DNA from: an uncultured delta proteobacterium
GTDB lineage: Bacteria; Desulfobacterota; Desulfobacteria; Desulfobacterales; B30-G6
NCBI GenBank assembly: GCA_963823335.1
Contig: CAWGLD010000005.1
Coordinates: 96,001-160,000 of the forward strand
Direction of reading: 5' to 3'
Length of the DNA: 64,000 nt
A program made the position numbers and the translations under genes. Below, piece by piece: positions 10,249-20,636 of this stretch. A model generated the notes under the pieces. The model was not told the origin of the DNA and ran no database searches. It was given only the letters and a program-made list of their open reading frames with translations. Every line of letters begins with the position of its first letter. Position 1 is the first letter of the stretch.

Positions 10249-11570
10249 GCCATGAACTAATTGCTCTTTTAATCTTTTTTTCGATGATGCTCATGCTTCT
10301 CACGGGACAGCGTGTTTTTGCCGCCATCGGAGGCGTTGCCACTCTTTTTGCACTCATGCTGTGGGGCGACGGAGCGGCAGAGATGCCTTTCAACGCAAGT
10401 TTTGCACTGCTGAACTGGTATCCGCTCCTGACCCTGCCCATGTTCATCTATATGGGGTATATGTTTTCCGAATCAGGCATTGCCAGTGATCTTTATCGCA
10501 TGTTTCATGTTTGGATGGGGCCGATTCACGGCGGGCTTGCCATCGGGACGATGGGGTTGATGGTTGCTGTCTCCGCTATGAACGGCCTGAGTGTGGCGGG
10601 CATGGCCATTGGTGCCAGTATCGCCATGCCGGAGATGCTAAAGCGGAAATATGACAAAGTCATGGTTACCGGCGTTATCCAGGCGGGCAGTTCCCTGGGT
10701 ATCATGGTCCCTCCCAGTGTCGTTCTGGTTCTTTATGGTATGATCGCCAGACAGCCGGTGGGTCAGCTGTGGCTGGCAGGTGTTTTCCCCGGTCTCCTGC
10801 TGGCAGGTTTGTTTATCGCTTACATCGCTATTCGCTGCCGACTTCAGCCGCATCTGGGGCCGACCTTGGCCAAAGAAGAGCTGGCACTGATCTCATGGGG
10901 AGAAAAATTACGGCTCCTCAAAGCCGGGATTATTCCCCTGGTCATTATCTTTTCCATGACAGGCCTGTTTCTGCTGGGGATCACCAGCCTGGTGGAGTGC
11001 TCTGCAGCGGGTGCCGCGGTAACGACCCTTGTGGCTTGGCTCAAAAAACGCTTAAACCGTCAAGTCCTGGAAGATACGCTTCGGCTTACCTTGAGCGTCA
11101 GTTGCATGTTCATGTGGGTCATTTTGGCGGCGCTCTGTTTTGGTGCCGTCTTTGACGGTCTTGGCGCCGTGCACGCAATTAAAAGACTGTTTCTGGATCA
11201 ATGGGGTCTCAGTCCCTTTGGTATCCTTGTTATGATGCAGCTCTCCTACATCGTAATGGGTATGTTTCTGGATGACACGGCCATGCTCATCATTGTTGCA
11301 CCGCTATATGTGCCCCTGGTTATCGAACTGGGTTACAACCCCATCTGGTACGGTGTTCTCTATACGATAACCTGCCAGATTGCTTACATGACGCCGCCGT
11401 TTGGTTATAACTTGTTCCTGATGAAAGCCATGGCGCCCAAGGAAGTGTCGCTTGCGGATATCTACCGTTCCATTGTACCCTTTGTACTGGTCATGATACT
11501 GGGCCTGATTGTTTGTATGTTGTTTCCCCAGATATCCCTGTGGCTGCCAGGTGTATATTTCGGAAATTAA
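10245..11570 (+). CDS. dctM: TRAP large permease
   Basis: LGIMVPPS, GMFLD and YMTPPFG motifs; ATGA overlap with dctQ. Confidence 0.9.
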   Translation: MSHELIALLIFFSMMLMLLTGQRVFAAIGGVATLFALMLWGDGAAEMPFNASFALLNWYPLLTLPMFIYMGYMFSESGIASDLYRMFHVWMGPIHGGLAIGTMGLMVAVSAMNGLSVAGMAIGASIAMPEMLKRKYDKVMVTGVIQAGSSLGIMVPPSVVLVLYGMIARQPVGQLWLAGVFPGLLLAGLFIAYIAIRCRLQPHLGPTLAKEELALISWGEKLRLLKAGIIPLVIIFSMTGLFLLGITSLVECSAAGAAVTTLVAWLKKRLNRQVLEDTLRLTLSVSCMFMWVILAALCFGAVFDGLGAVHAIKRLFLDQWGLSPFGILVMMQLSYIVMGMFLDDTAMLIIVAPLYVPLVIELGYNPIWYGVLYTITCQIAYMTPPFGYNLFLMKAMAPKEVSLADIYRSIVPFVLVMILGLIVCMLFPQISLWLPGVYFGN

Positions 11571-11713
11571 AATCAGGCAGTGACGCTGGTCTTAAGTTAT
11601 TTACGTTTTAACTTTAAAGAAAGCTTGCATTTGATTCAACCGGGAAATTGACTTTCCTGACATCACGCATGAAACAGCAACGCAAAGTTTATCATCAAAA
11701 AAAAGGATGCAAA

Positions 11714-12247
11714 ATGAATTTTCCTAATATTCAGATCAAAAAGATTCTTTATGCAACCGACCTGTCGGAAACGGCAATTCACGCTTTTTCCTATGCCCTA
11801 AGTCTTGCCGCGGCGTACCATGCCGGCATAATCATGCTTCATGTGGTTTCTGAAAGTTCCGGCGAAGAATTCATATCAAGCATGATCAGTGCCAAGACAT
11901 TGAAAGAAATCAAGGAACAGTATCATTCAGACGCCCGGCAAAATATGATTGGAAAGAGACGGGAGTTTGGTGTCATAAAGGATGCACTTCAGGCATTTTC
12001 CGACAAGGCAATAGCTGCCAATGATACTAATCAAAACCTTCTCACCGATGAAATTTTAGTCGAAGATGGCCCACCGGCTGAAACTATTGTTAAAACAGCC
12101 AGAACACTGAATTGTGATCTCATCGTCATGGGCACCCACGGCCAAGGCGGTATCACGGAGCTTCTTGCCGGGAGTACTGCAAAGAAAGTGGTCAAACAAT
12201 CTCCCATTCCGGTTATGGTTATTCGTTTGCCAAAGGTTAAAAATTAG
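11714..12247 (+). CDS. universal stress protein
   Basis: KKILYATDLS ... DLIVMGTHG ... GSTAKKVV..SPIPVMVI. Confidence 0.88.
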   Translation: MNFPNIQIKKILYATDLSETAIHAFSYALSLAAAYHAGIIMLHVVSESSGEEFISSMISAKTLKEIKEQYHSDARQNMIGKRREFGVIKDALQAFSDKAIAANDTNQNLLTDEILVEDGPPAETIVKTARTLNCDLIVMGTHGQGGITELLAGSTAKKVVKQSPIPVMVIRLPKVKN

Positions 12248-12255
12248 TCCGACCC

Positions 12256-12288
12256 AAAAAAACTCCCCGCCCAAAAGCGGGGAGTTTT
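12256..12288. terminator. bidirectional intrinsic terminator
   Basis: AAAACTCCCCGC-ccaaaa-GCGGGGAGTTTT between convergent genes. Confidence 0.8.
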
Positions 12289-12311
12289 GTAAACACCGGG
12301 TGTCGCTATTT

Positions 12312-12548
12312 CTATCCTCCACAAATAAAACCCCAGATTTTAATCCTATCTCCATCTTTCACGATATACGCTTCGGTCTGGGGCGTATTGTTTACCAGGA
12401 AGGTTTTTCCCGGTTTTTTGGGAAAATTAAAATAGGCTGACAATTCCTTGAGCGACAAGGGTCCAGGCAAGCTAACGGTATTGTCTGAATCAATCTTGCC
12501 TTCACCGTATTTCTTGAGAATTGTATATAGGTACACCTTGATTTTCAT
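12312..12548 (-). CDS. MoaD/ThiS-family sulfur carrier
   Basis: 78 aa, C-terminal GG, directly after aor. Confidence 0.85.
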   Translation of the reverse strand: MKIKVYLYTILKKYGEGKIDSDNTVSLPGPLSLKELSAYFNFPKKPGKTFLVNNTPQTEAYIVKDGDRIKIWGFICGG

Positions 12549-12554
12549 GGGCGA

Positions 12555-14435
12555 TCAGATATTTTCCAGACCGAGCTGTTCAAGTTTCTCTTTTGAAGGC
12601 TTACCTGTTTCGCTATCCCATTCCCTGGCTTCATAGTACTCGTCCAGCATGCTGTCAAAGTCACTGATAGCACACCGGGTTTCATTTTCGTAGAATCCAA
12701 AAGCGGGTTGCTGGGCAGCTCTTTCAGGCAGGCGGTCATCCTTTCGCTGCAGGCCTTCGCGTATGTTAAACATGCGCTGAAGGTTCAGTACCCGCTCACC
12801 CACTGCCATCAGATCCTGACCGCTGGTTTGCCATCCTGTGGCTGCCGAGTAGATATCTGCCAGATGCTCCAGAGAAATACCGGCGTACATGAAAAATTTA
12901 CAGGTATTCAATATGTCGGGTACCACGAGTCCATCCTGCAGCATTTTAACGGCCTTCCCTTTGCCTTTTTCATCCCACCGGTCTACCTTTTCAGGGTCGG
13001 GAAGACCATATTTCATTAAACCAAAATCCATTTTGCCGGAATCCCAAGCCATCCCCTCCAACGGCTGAATATGGCACATACCTCTGTTGCCAGTACCATA
13101 GGTAATTGCCAGGGCCTTGCCAGACCTGGCGTCGTGGGCCGGTCCTTCAAGACCTTTTATGTGAACAGCAAAGGCTTTGGAACCTTTCCCGATCAGCTCG
13201 GATGCTTTTTTAACGCCTTCCGCCAGCGTGTTACCGATGCCCTCCCTGAGAGCCATCATTTTGACCAATACGGGCAGGACATCCGGGTTTCCCCAGCTGA
13301 GATCCAGACCGGAAACATCCTCTTTCGTTAGCATACCGTTTTCATAGCATTCCATTGCAAATGCTATCATGGCACCCGCAGTTATGGTATCAACACCGTA
13401 TTCATTACACAGGTAGGTACTGTGAACGGCCGACGCGACATTTTCGTTCAGCACGAAGGCCGTAAATGCTGAAAGAGACTCGTACTCGCTGCCTTCATGG
13501 GCCGGGGTTTCAAATTTGCCCGATTTTACATCGGCGATCCTGCCGCAGGCAATGGGGCAGCCCAGGTAGCATCCGTTATTCTTGACCAGGTGATTTTTAG
13601 AAAAGGTATCATATATTTTTTCGCCTTTACCCCAGGAATTGGATTGCCAGTTTTTCGAGGGCCAATCACCGCCAGCATCATTGCCGCCTATGTCACCAGC
13701 TGTTCCATGCTCACGGAATCCATCGGCGGTTTCGCTGGATCGAATAACATCCATGGCGCTTTTGATGGCCGTTTTCAATTTGTCCGGGTCTGCCACCGGA
13801 GCCTGACATGAGCCCTTGACGGCGATGCCTAAAAGGTTTTTGGATCCCATTACGGCGCCGCCCCCGCACCTTCCAGCGGCACGGTGCCCCACCATGAGGG
13901 TAGCAAACTTGACCAGCTTTTCTCCGCCAGGTCCGATACACAGCACGGAAATTTTCGTGTCGGTCAGGGATTCCCTGATCAGGCTGGTCTTTTCTGTGAC
14001 GGTTTTGTTCTTGAGATGACCGGCAGGATGAAGGGACACGTCCTGGTCGTTTATAGAAAGAAAGACCGGCTCAGGTGAAGCGCCCTCGATAATGAGCGCA
14101 TCATAACCGGCTTTTCTGAGGTCGGGGCCGAAATTGCCACCGGATCTGGATTCCCCCCAGACGTGTGTCAAGGGCGATTTGAAGCAGACCATAATGCTGC
14201 CCCCGCCGGGTATCTTATTGGCCGTCAGAGGGCTGGTGGCAAAAACGATTTTATTGCTCGGAGAAAGCGGATCAATACCTTTTTCAAGCTCATCGTAAAG
14301 CACACGGGCGCCGTACCCTACGCCACCGATATACTTTTTTAATATCTCAATGTCGATGTCTTCTGTTTTTATCTCACCAGTATCAAGAGAAACGCGTAGC
14401 TGCTTGCCGTAATATCCATAAAGTGCTTGGTTCAT
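12555..14435 (-). CDS. aor: tungsten-dependent aldehyde:ferredoxin oxidoreductase
   Basis: KSPLT, AAGR.G.GAVMGSKNL, C...CPIACG, EYES, CNEYGVDTI, YYEAREWD..G.P. Confidence 0.9.
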   Translation of the reverse strand: MNQALYGYYGKQLRVSLDTGEIKTEDIDIEILKKYIGGVGYGARVLYDELEKGIDPLSPSNKIVFATSPLTANKIPGGGSIMVCFKSPLTHVWGESRSGGNFGPDLRKAGYDALIIEGASPEPVFLSINDQDVSLHPAGHLKNKTVTEKTSLIRESLTDTKISVLCIGPGGEKLVKFATLMVGHRAAGRCGGGAVMGSKNLLGIAVKGSCQAPVADPDKLKTAIKSAMDVIRSSETADGFREHGTAGDIGGNDAGGDWPSKNWQSNSWGKGEKIYDTFSKNHLVKNNGCYLGCPIACGRIADVKSGKFETPAHEGSEYESLSAFTAFVLNENVASAVHSTYLCNEYGVDTITAGAMIAFAMECYENGMLTKEDVSGLDLSWGNPDVLPVLVKMMALREGIGNTLAEGVKKASELIGKGSKAFAVHIKGLEGPAHDARSGKALAITYGTGNRGMCHIQPLEGMAWDSGKMDFGLMKYGLPDPEKVDRWDEKGKGKAVKMLQDGLVVPDILNTCKFFMYAGISLEHLADIYSAATGWQTSGQDLMAVGERVLNLQRMFNIREGLQRKDDRLPERAAQQPAFGFYENETRCAISDFDSMLDEYYEAREWDSETGKPSKEKLEQLGLENI

Positions 14436-14581
14436 CGATTCCTCCTTTGATCATCCGCTTATAGGTGGTGAACGTTAATTCTTTAATGGCTCATCGTAAT
14501 CAATGGCGATTTTAGGGGACCTCTAAGCATATCTAATAAATTTGTGATGAATTTAATACATTGTCAATATGTTTTCCCAAT

Positions 14582-15487
14582 CTATTGAGATATTCGGGAT
14601 AAAAGCGTGTCAATTCGATCCCGGGCATTGAGGGACTCCAGCCAATCTTTGGGCAGGGCATCCATCCCGTTGTGGGCGCCCAGAACCATGCCCGCGAGCA
14701 TACCCCTGGCTGCTGAATCCCCACCGGCCATGACGTTTTCAACCAGTGCTTCCCTGAAGTCATTTTCGTATTTGGTTATCAAATGGATGGTACCTGGAAG
14801 ACCGGCCTCTACACTGCACATCTGCCCGAATTCTGCGATGACGGCCCGGGTATCCTTGTCCTGACTTGTCAAACCCAGGTACAGGGAGTCTGTGATATCC
14901 GTATTTTGAAATCGATTTTCAAGCAGATGGGAAATAGCGGCTGACGGCTTTTCGCCTGCCAGGGTACGAAAGGACAGCCTTATAAAAAACTCGGCACTGT
15001 TCAGGACAGCGGAATTGTTGTGGGTCAAGGCTGTCTGGTGCCTGGCAGCCTGAATGGCCGATTCCAGATTGTCGGTATACCTGTACACAATGGGAGCTAT
15101 TCTGGCTGCGCCGGCAAGTTCGTCCGAAGATGACCCGTTGTCCAGAAGGCTGTTTCTTTCCGTCATATTCTGGAGCGTCGTGAGAGTTGCCTTGTCCCGA
15201 TATCCTTCGTAGCTCTCGAAGAAGGATTGCCATGCCTGGGCAAACTGTGTCTGATCAAATCCTGAAGCGTCCACCAGAGACTCGAGCAGCAACAGCATTT
15301 GATCACCGCAGTGGGTGAAGTCTCCTTTCTTTTTACCGGCATGGTAGCTGACCAAAGGATCAAAATAGTGTTGTACCCGACCGAATTTTTTATCGATGAC
15401 ATTCGTGTTGTAGACCCAGTGGGGTCCCAATGCCAGCGCATCACCCACAAATGAGCCGAAAATCATTGCCCTTTTATTTTCTTTCAT
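14582..15487 (-). CDS. ADP-ribosylglycohydrolase family protein
   Basis: GSFVGDALALG, LTH, N..AGGDSAARG motifs; RBS before ATG 15487. Confidence 0.85.
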   Translation of the reverse strand: MKENKRAMIFGSFVGDALALGPHWVYNTNVIDKKFGRVQHYFDPLVSYHAGKKKGDFTHCGDQMLLLLESLVDASGFDQTQFAQAWQSFFESYEGYRDKATLTTLQNMTERNSLLDNGSSSDELAGAARIAPIVYRYTDNLESAIQAARHQTALTHNNSAVLNSAEFFIRLSFRTLAGEKPSAAISHLLENRFQNTDITDSLYLGLTSQDKDTRAVIAEFGQMCSVEAGLPGTIHLITKYENDFREALVENVMAGGDSAARGMLAGMVLGAHNGMDALPKDWLESLNARDRIDTLLSRISQ

Positions 15488-15548
15488 ATCTGCTCTCCTT
15501 TTTCTATCAATGTATTCCCCGTTGCCAGCCGCGGCGAATACTCGGAAG

Positions 15549-16118
15549 TCATGACCGATAATAGACTGACAAATAGAGATGTTCACCCATATCGATTGTT
15601 TTGGCCGGGAGCAATTTAAATGGCCGCATAAATGCTTCCAGGGTGTTTGGCGAAATTCTTATTTTCATGGGAGGTCCAGGCGGGCCTTCTTTTTTTTTGA
15701 ACTCGATCACGGCTAACCGGCCATCCGGCTTCAATGTTCTTTCTATCTCTTTCAGGGCCCCCTGATCCGTGTTGTCTTGAACGAGGTCGTGCAGCACCGT
15801 GGCCATGAGACATAGATCCACAGAATGATCTGCCATGGGTATGTGCTGACTGGCATCGGCAATATGGGGGAAAATGTTGTCGATATTTCTGGTTTGAATC
15901 TCAGTTTTCAAGGAATGGATACCGTCTTCCCACAAGTCAACGGCAACTATTTTTCCTGACGGACCCACATGAGTAGAAGCTGCCATGGCGTACGCGCCCA
16001 CACCGCAGGCGAGATCCAGCATGGTAATATTTTTCATCAACCCGAGCTCAGAGAAAAGTTTACTGGAATCGATGAGTGAAAAACTGCTTTTTCCTGCGGC
16101 TATCGGTTTATCTGCCAT
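15549..16118 (-). CDS. class I SAM-dependent methyltransferase
   Basis: MLDLACGVG, AVDLW, LKPDGRL, GPPGPP. Confidence 0.85.
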   Translation of the reverse strand: MADKPIAAGKSSFSLIDSSKLFSELGLMKNITMLDLACGVGAYAMAASTHVGPSGKIVAVDLWEDGIHSLKTEIQTRNIDNIFPHIADASQHIPMADHSVDLCLMATVLHDLVQDNTDQGALKEIERTLKPDGRLAVIEFKKKEGPPGPPMKIRISPNTLEAFMRPFKLLPAKTIDMGEHLYLSVYYRS

Positions 16119-16242
16119 ATAAAACACCTCACACTTTCGCGGTTTATAAGATTGTGGAATGATTTCATACTAAGTACGATCTCAACGGGATGCAAGCAAA
16201 AGGTGGTCAGCATCGGCTCAAAATGCTCGGATCATATCCCGA

Positions 16243-16298
16243 ATTGAACTGCAACAGTGAACGCTATCTTCCTGGCCTGCTGCGGAGTAATCTGCAAT
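16243..16298 (+). repeat. dispersed repeat family A, degenerate copy
   Basis: ATTGAACTGCAACAGTGAACGC...CTGCTGCGGAG...GCAAT. Confidence 0.5.
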
Positions 16299-16419
16299 TC
16301 ACAGTTGATGTTTGGGTTGATTTGATTTAGGTTTTGACTCTTATTAGCCTAAGCAGCGACAAGATCGCGCCCACAAAAGTGTTGATAGGTTTTTACGCGT
16401 GTAAGGATGTTATCGATAT

Positions 16420-17943
16420 ATGGAGTTACCAGCAGAAATCATCGATTCAAAACACAGGACGATGATTATCTTTTCCGCATTGCTGGCCCTGTTTCTGGGG
16501 GCCATGGATGCATTGATCATGACGGCAGCCATGCCGACGATTGTTTCAGAACTAGGGGGGCTGCACCTGTACAGCTGGGTTTATTCAGCCTATCTTCTGG
16601 CAAGGGCTGTTTCATTACCGGTTTTCGGCAAGCTGGGCGATCTATTTAAAAACAAACACATTTTCTTGATTTCTATCGCTGTTTTTCTGTTGTCGTCCGC
16701 CACGGCCGGGTTTTCGCCCAACATGGCCTTCTTGATCGTCTGCAGGGTGTTTCAAGGTATCGGTTCCGGCGGAATCTTTGCCATGGTATATATTGTACTG
16801 GCAGATATCTCGCCACCAGGCCAACGGACCAAGACCATGTCCTTTGCCAGTTCGGTTTGGGGGATCGCCAGTGTTCTAGGGCCAACGCTGGGCGGTTTCA
16901 TTGTCTCCTATGCATCCTGGCGATGGATATTTTTTATCAATGTGCCTTTAGGCCTGTTTTCATTAGCGGGTATTGCTTTTTTCCTGGTGGAGATAAGGGA
17001 AAAACGCAGCAAAGTGTCCCTGGACCTGCTTGGCGTTTTGACCCTTTCCGTATCCATTGTGGGATTGTTGAGTCTGTTTCTGGCGGGGGGCCAAGATTTT
17101 GCATGGGGCTCTCCCCAGGTCATAGTCCTCCTGCTGGTGAGTATTTCAGCGGCCATAGGGTTCGTTTATTGTGAAAAGCGTGCTGAAGATCCGATCATTT
17201 CCCTGGCGTTTTTCAAAATAAGAGGATTTGCCATCGGAAATGCTTCTGTATTTATGAGCAGCTTTGCCATTTTTGCTTTTTTTGCATTTGCACCTATATT
17301 TATGCAAGGTGCCCAGGGCAAGAGCCCCATGCAGGTGGGTATCGCTATGCTTTCCCTGAGTCTTGGATGGTCCATCGGCTCGATCATTTTCGGTCAGATA
17401 TCGAATCGACTCGGCGCAAAAGCTGCGGCAATCATGGGTGCCATGTGCCTGGTTGCGGGCTGTGGCCTTTCTTTGACATTTGATACGGAAACTTCCATGC
17501 TTTTCAGTTTTCTCGTATTCCAGCTGGTGGGGCTCGGCATGGGGTTCGTAGCACTGGCAACCCTTGTGATTGTTCAAAATGCCATGGATCCATCTGATCT
17601 TGGGGTTGCGACCGCTTCTCATCAGTTTATGCGAACATTTGGTGGTACGGTGGGTATCGGTATCTGTGGCGGCTTGCTGATGTCCAGACTGACTGCCGCC
17701 ATGGATAATCTGGTGAATAAGGATGTTATGGGGATTCTGCCGGAGACATTGTCAAATCAGTCCCAGAGAAGTTTTGAGTATTTACTACGCCCGGAATTTC
17801 AGGCGTTATTGCCGGAGACAACCAGGGGGGCGCTTCAGGTATCCATTGCATCCAGCGTTCAATTCGTTTTCTGGGTTACACTGTTTATTTCACTGCTTTG
17901 CCTGGTTATCTGTTTTCTTCTCCCTGACAGCAGGGATGAATAA
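16420..17943 (+). CDS. MFS transporter, DHA2/EmrB-like (14 TM)
   Basis: D..IM..AMPTIV, GKLGDLF, GPTLGG, SWRWIFFINVP. Confidence 0.88.
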   Translation: MELPAEIIDSKHRTMIIFSALLALFLGAMDALIMTAAMPTIVSELGGLHLYSWVYSAYLLARAVSLPVFGKLGDLFKNKHIFLISIAVFLLSSATAGFSPNMAFLIVCRVFQGIGSGGIFAMVYIVLADISPPGQRTKTMSFASSVWGIASVLGPTLGGFIVSYASWRWIFFINVPLGLFSLAGIAFFLVEIREKRSKVSLDLLGVLTLSVSIVGLLSLFLAGGQDFAWGSPQVIVLLLVSISAAIGFVYCEKRAEDPIISLAFFKIRGFAIGNASVFMSSFAIFAFFAFAPIFMQGAQGKSPMQVGIAMLSLSLGWSIGSIIFGQISNRLGAKAAAIMGAMCLVAGCGLSLTFDTETSMLFSFLVFQLVGLGMGFVALATLVIVQNAMDPSDLGVATASHQFMRTFGGTVGIGICGGLLMSRLTAAMDNLVNKDVMGILPETLSNQSQRSFEYLLRPEFQALLPETTRGALQVSIASSVQFVFWVTLFISLLCLVICFLLPDSRDE

Positions 17944-17946
17944 AAA

Positions 17947-17985
17947 GGGTTCGAGGGTCAGAGGGTGATACAAGGGTTCGAGGGG
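17947..17985 (+). repeat. GGG-tract repeat (family B)
   Basis: GGG TTCGA GGG TCAGA GGG TGATACAA GGG TTCGA GGGG, starting 4 nt after the MFS stop. Confidence 0.7.
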
Positions 17986-18170
17986 AATAGCGGTTCATTG
18001 AGTATTTTTGACGTATTAGGTTGGTGAAACCGGGTCAAAATTCGAGAACTGTATACCCCTTGCCGAGAGCAACCCAATAAACAAAATAACAAGTATTCAG
18101 GATTCCAGCGCTTACAGAGCTTGCAGCTGCGGAAGTTGGGTTATGACAATTGTTGGAGAGGAGGACAAAA

Positions 18171-18956
18171 GTGAATCGTCCATCGATATCAGAATTGAGA
18201 CAATTAGTGGAGGCCTATGTAGCAGAAGAACCGGCCAGGTTGAAGCATGAGGGGTGGTGGCGAAAGCCCCTGCTGGTTTCGGCGCCCATTGACCAGCGAT
18301 TTGATGTCTTGCCGGAAATTGCCATGGACGAACATCTCCATCCACAGGATTTGCTGAAATCAGCCAGATCGGTCATCGTGTTCTTCCTTCCGTTTGTCAA
18401 AAAACTCATCAAAGAGAATCGTTCAGGTGCCAGACCCAGCAGGAACTGGGGGGTTGCCTACGTTGAAACCAACGACCTTATCAGCCGGGTAGGGGAGGCT
18501 ATCGCCAATTTTTTAAAAAGTAAAGGCCATGCATCCGGATTGACACCGGCCACGCACAACTTCGACGAGGAACGTCTCATGGCGCGCTGGTCCCACAAGC
18601 ATCTTGCCCACCTGACGGGTCTGGGGCGGTTTGGAACCCACTACATGCTGATAACACCTGCGGGTGTGTGTGGACGATTTGGCAGTCTGGTCAGCGAAGC
18701 GGACCTGGGTGACAATCCGCTTATGAAGACACCTGAAGCCTGCCTGCTCAAGTCTGGAAAAAAATGTGGCAAATGCATCCAGAGATGCCCGGTGAATGCT
18801 CTGACAGAGAATGGGTTTGATCGTCGGACATGCTGGGACCGATTGAACGAAAACCGCCATAGCCTCGATTATTTTGCAGACCTGCCCCTTAGCACCCATG
18901 TGTGCGGAAAATGTAATACCATGCTTCCGTGCAGCTTTGTCAATCCCGTGAAATAG
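18171..18956 (+). CDS. epoxyqueuosine reductase (QueG)-like 4Fe-4S protein
   Basis: WSHKH.A...GLG.FG, CGKCIQRCP and CGKC...PC; GGAGGA RBS before GTG 18171. Confidence 0.75.
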   Translation: MNRPSISELRQLVEAYVAEEPARLKHEGWWRKPLLVSAPIDQRFDVLPEIAMDEHLHPQDLLKSARSVIVFFLPFVKKLIKENRSGARPSRNWGVAYVETNDLISRVGEAIANFLKSKGHASGLTPATHNFDEERLMARWSHKHLAHLTGLGRFGTHYMLITPAGVCGRFGSLVSEADLGDNPLMKTPEACLLKSGKKCGKCIQRCPVNALTENGFDRRTCWDRLNENRHSLDYFADLPLSTHVCGKCNTMLPCSFVNPVK

Positions 18957-19126
18957 GTGTTGCTGGAATCGCAACAGCGAGTGCATTCCCCATGGATAGT
19001 CGAAGATCTAGATTTGTCGAGGCTGCATGGCCTCTTTTGTTTTACCGCTCTGACGTAATTCGACGGCCTTCTCATAGAGACTCCAGGCACTCAATCACCC
19101 TGTGTCTCATACTGTTTTCCTGCCTT

Positions 19127-20470
19127 TTACTTGCCGCCACCTTGCACTTTTATATATTCTCCGGGGGCAAGACCGGATACAACTTCGATGTGAATGCCAT
19201 CTGACAAACCGGTTTCTATTTTTCGCCTTTCAAATTGCCGGGGACCTGTCTGCACTTCCACCAAGACGTCATTTTCCTTAAAAAGTATATTGCCCTCGTC
19301 AATTGCCATGACATTTTCGCGTTTTTCCAGCACGATATCAGCGGTGGCGGAGTATCCGGATCGGATAAAGTAGGTGGCTTCCAGAACAACTTTGGCGCGC
19401 AATCCAAATTGAATGGTGCCGCTGATTTCCTTTCCCTTGGGTGCGATATGCTCGATCCTGGCCCCAAAAGACCTGTTTTCAATGGCACCGATAGTGAGAA
19501 CAAGAGGCATGTCCAGGCGAAGTTTGCCGACTTCGGCTTCATCGACATTCCCCTCAAATATCATGTCCGTCATGTCCGCAACAACAGCAATTGTCGTGCC
19601 CGATGACTGGGTGCTGGTTTCCACCACAAGACTGCCTTCCTTGATCGGAACTTCAAGGACCGCTCCATCGATGGTGGCGCGGATCAAGGTATTGCTTTTA
19701 TCTTTTGTGCTTGGTGTAACACCTTCCTGGATCAACTGTAGATTGTTTTGCGCAGCCGCTAATTCTTCCATAGCCTGTTTACGCTCTATTTCGGCTTTCT
19801 GGTATTCTTCTTCCGTTGCATCAAAGGTTTCTGTACGAACCATCGTATAAAACGTCTCTGCTTTGTCATACTCTTCACGAGCTTTGGAGAGCTGCAGGCG
19901 TGTATTCTGAAACGAGGATTCCGGGATAATCTTTTTGTCCATGAGTTCTTTTTCCCGATCATAGGTGTTCTGGGCATCCTGCAGACTCAGTTTCGCCTGG
20001 TTGAGATCCTTCTCGGCCAGGTGCAGCTTGATCAGGTTCGGTGATTGTTTCTGCGTTAACAGGCTACCTCCTTTTATGGACGCTTCGTACCGGCGCTTGA
20101 CGCGCTCGAAGGTCTTGTTCGTGTCTTCCAATGCAATATATGCTTTTTTTACCCGGGTCTCGGCTTCATTGACGCGGAGCAGGTTGGGTATAAGGAAAAG
20201 CCTTGCCAGTACCTGGTCTTTTTTTACGGAATCACCGGCTTCCACCATGATTTCATCGACAATTCCTGAAAGCTGGGCCTTTATCTCGACCTCCCGGCGG
20301 GCAACGATGCTTCCCGTGACCACGGTTTTCTTAACGATATCCATCATCACAGGCGAAACTGTTTTTACAGGAGCGGTTTTGGGTCTGGACTTGACATATA
20401 GAAAAACCAATGTTCCAGTAAACAAGAGCAAAAACAGTATGAACAGGAGTATACGGAATAATTTTTTCAT
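19127..20470 (-). CDS. efflux periplasmic adaptor (MacA-like) with a long coiled coil
   Basis: N-terminal TM, G.V..I.VE.GD.VKK lipoyl half-domains, TGLSDG..IEVVSGL. Confidence 0.85.
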   Translation of the reverse strand: MKKLFRILLFILFLLLFTGTLVFLYVKSRPKTAPVKTVSPVMMDIVKKTVVTGSIVARREVEIKAQLSGIVDEIMVEAGDSVKKDQVLARLFLIPNLLRVNEAETRVKKAYIALEDTNKTFERVKRRYEASIKGGSLLTQKQSPNLIKLHLAEKDLNQAKLSLQDAQNTYDREKELMDKKIIPESSFQNTRLQLSKAREEYDKAETFYTMVRTETFDATEEEYQKAEIERKQAMEELAAAQNNLQLIQEGVTPSTKDKSNTLIRATIDGAVLEVPIKEGSLVVETSTQSSGTTIAVVADMTDMIFEGNVDEAEVGKLRLDMPLVLTIGAIENRSFGARIEHIAPKGKEISGTIQFGLRAKVVLEATYFIRSGYSATADIVLEKRENVMAIDEGNILFKENDVLVEVQTGPRQFERRKIETGLSDGIHIEVVSGLAPGEYIKVQGGGK

Positions 20471-20636
20471 AAGACCATCTTTCTTTAAAAAAAGCATTTT
20501 ATCCCGCCGGACTATAGGCGGGCAAGTCTTTTGTTTCCGAAGGACAACATCGCTTTTATTCTATCATTTAAAACCTGGTTCTTTGGGCCAGGTCAGATAG
20601 GGTTGAATCAGTGCCGGGCCCTTTGGATCCGGGTAT

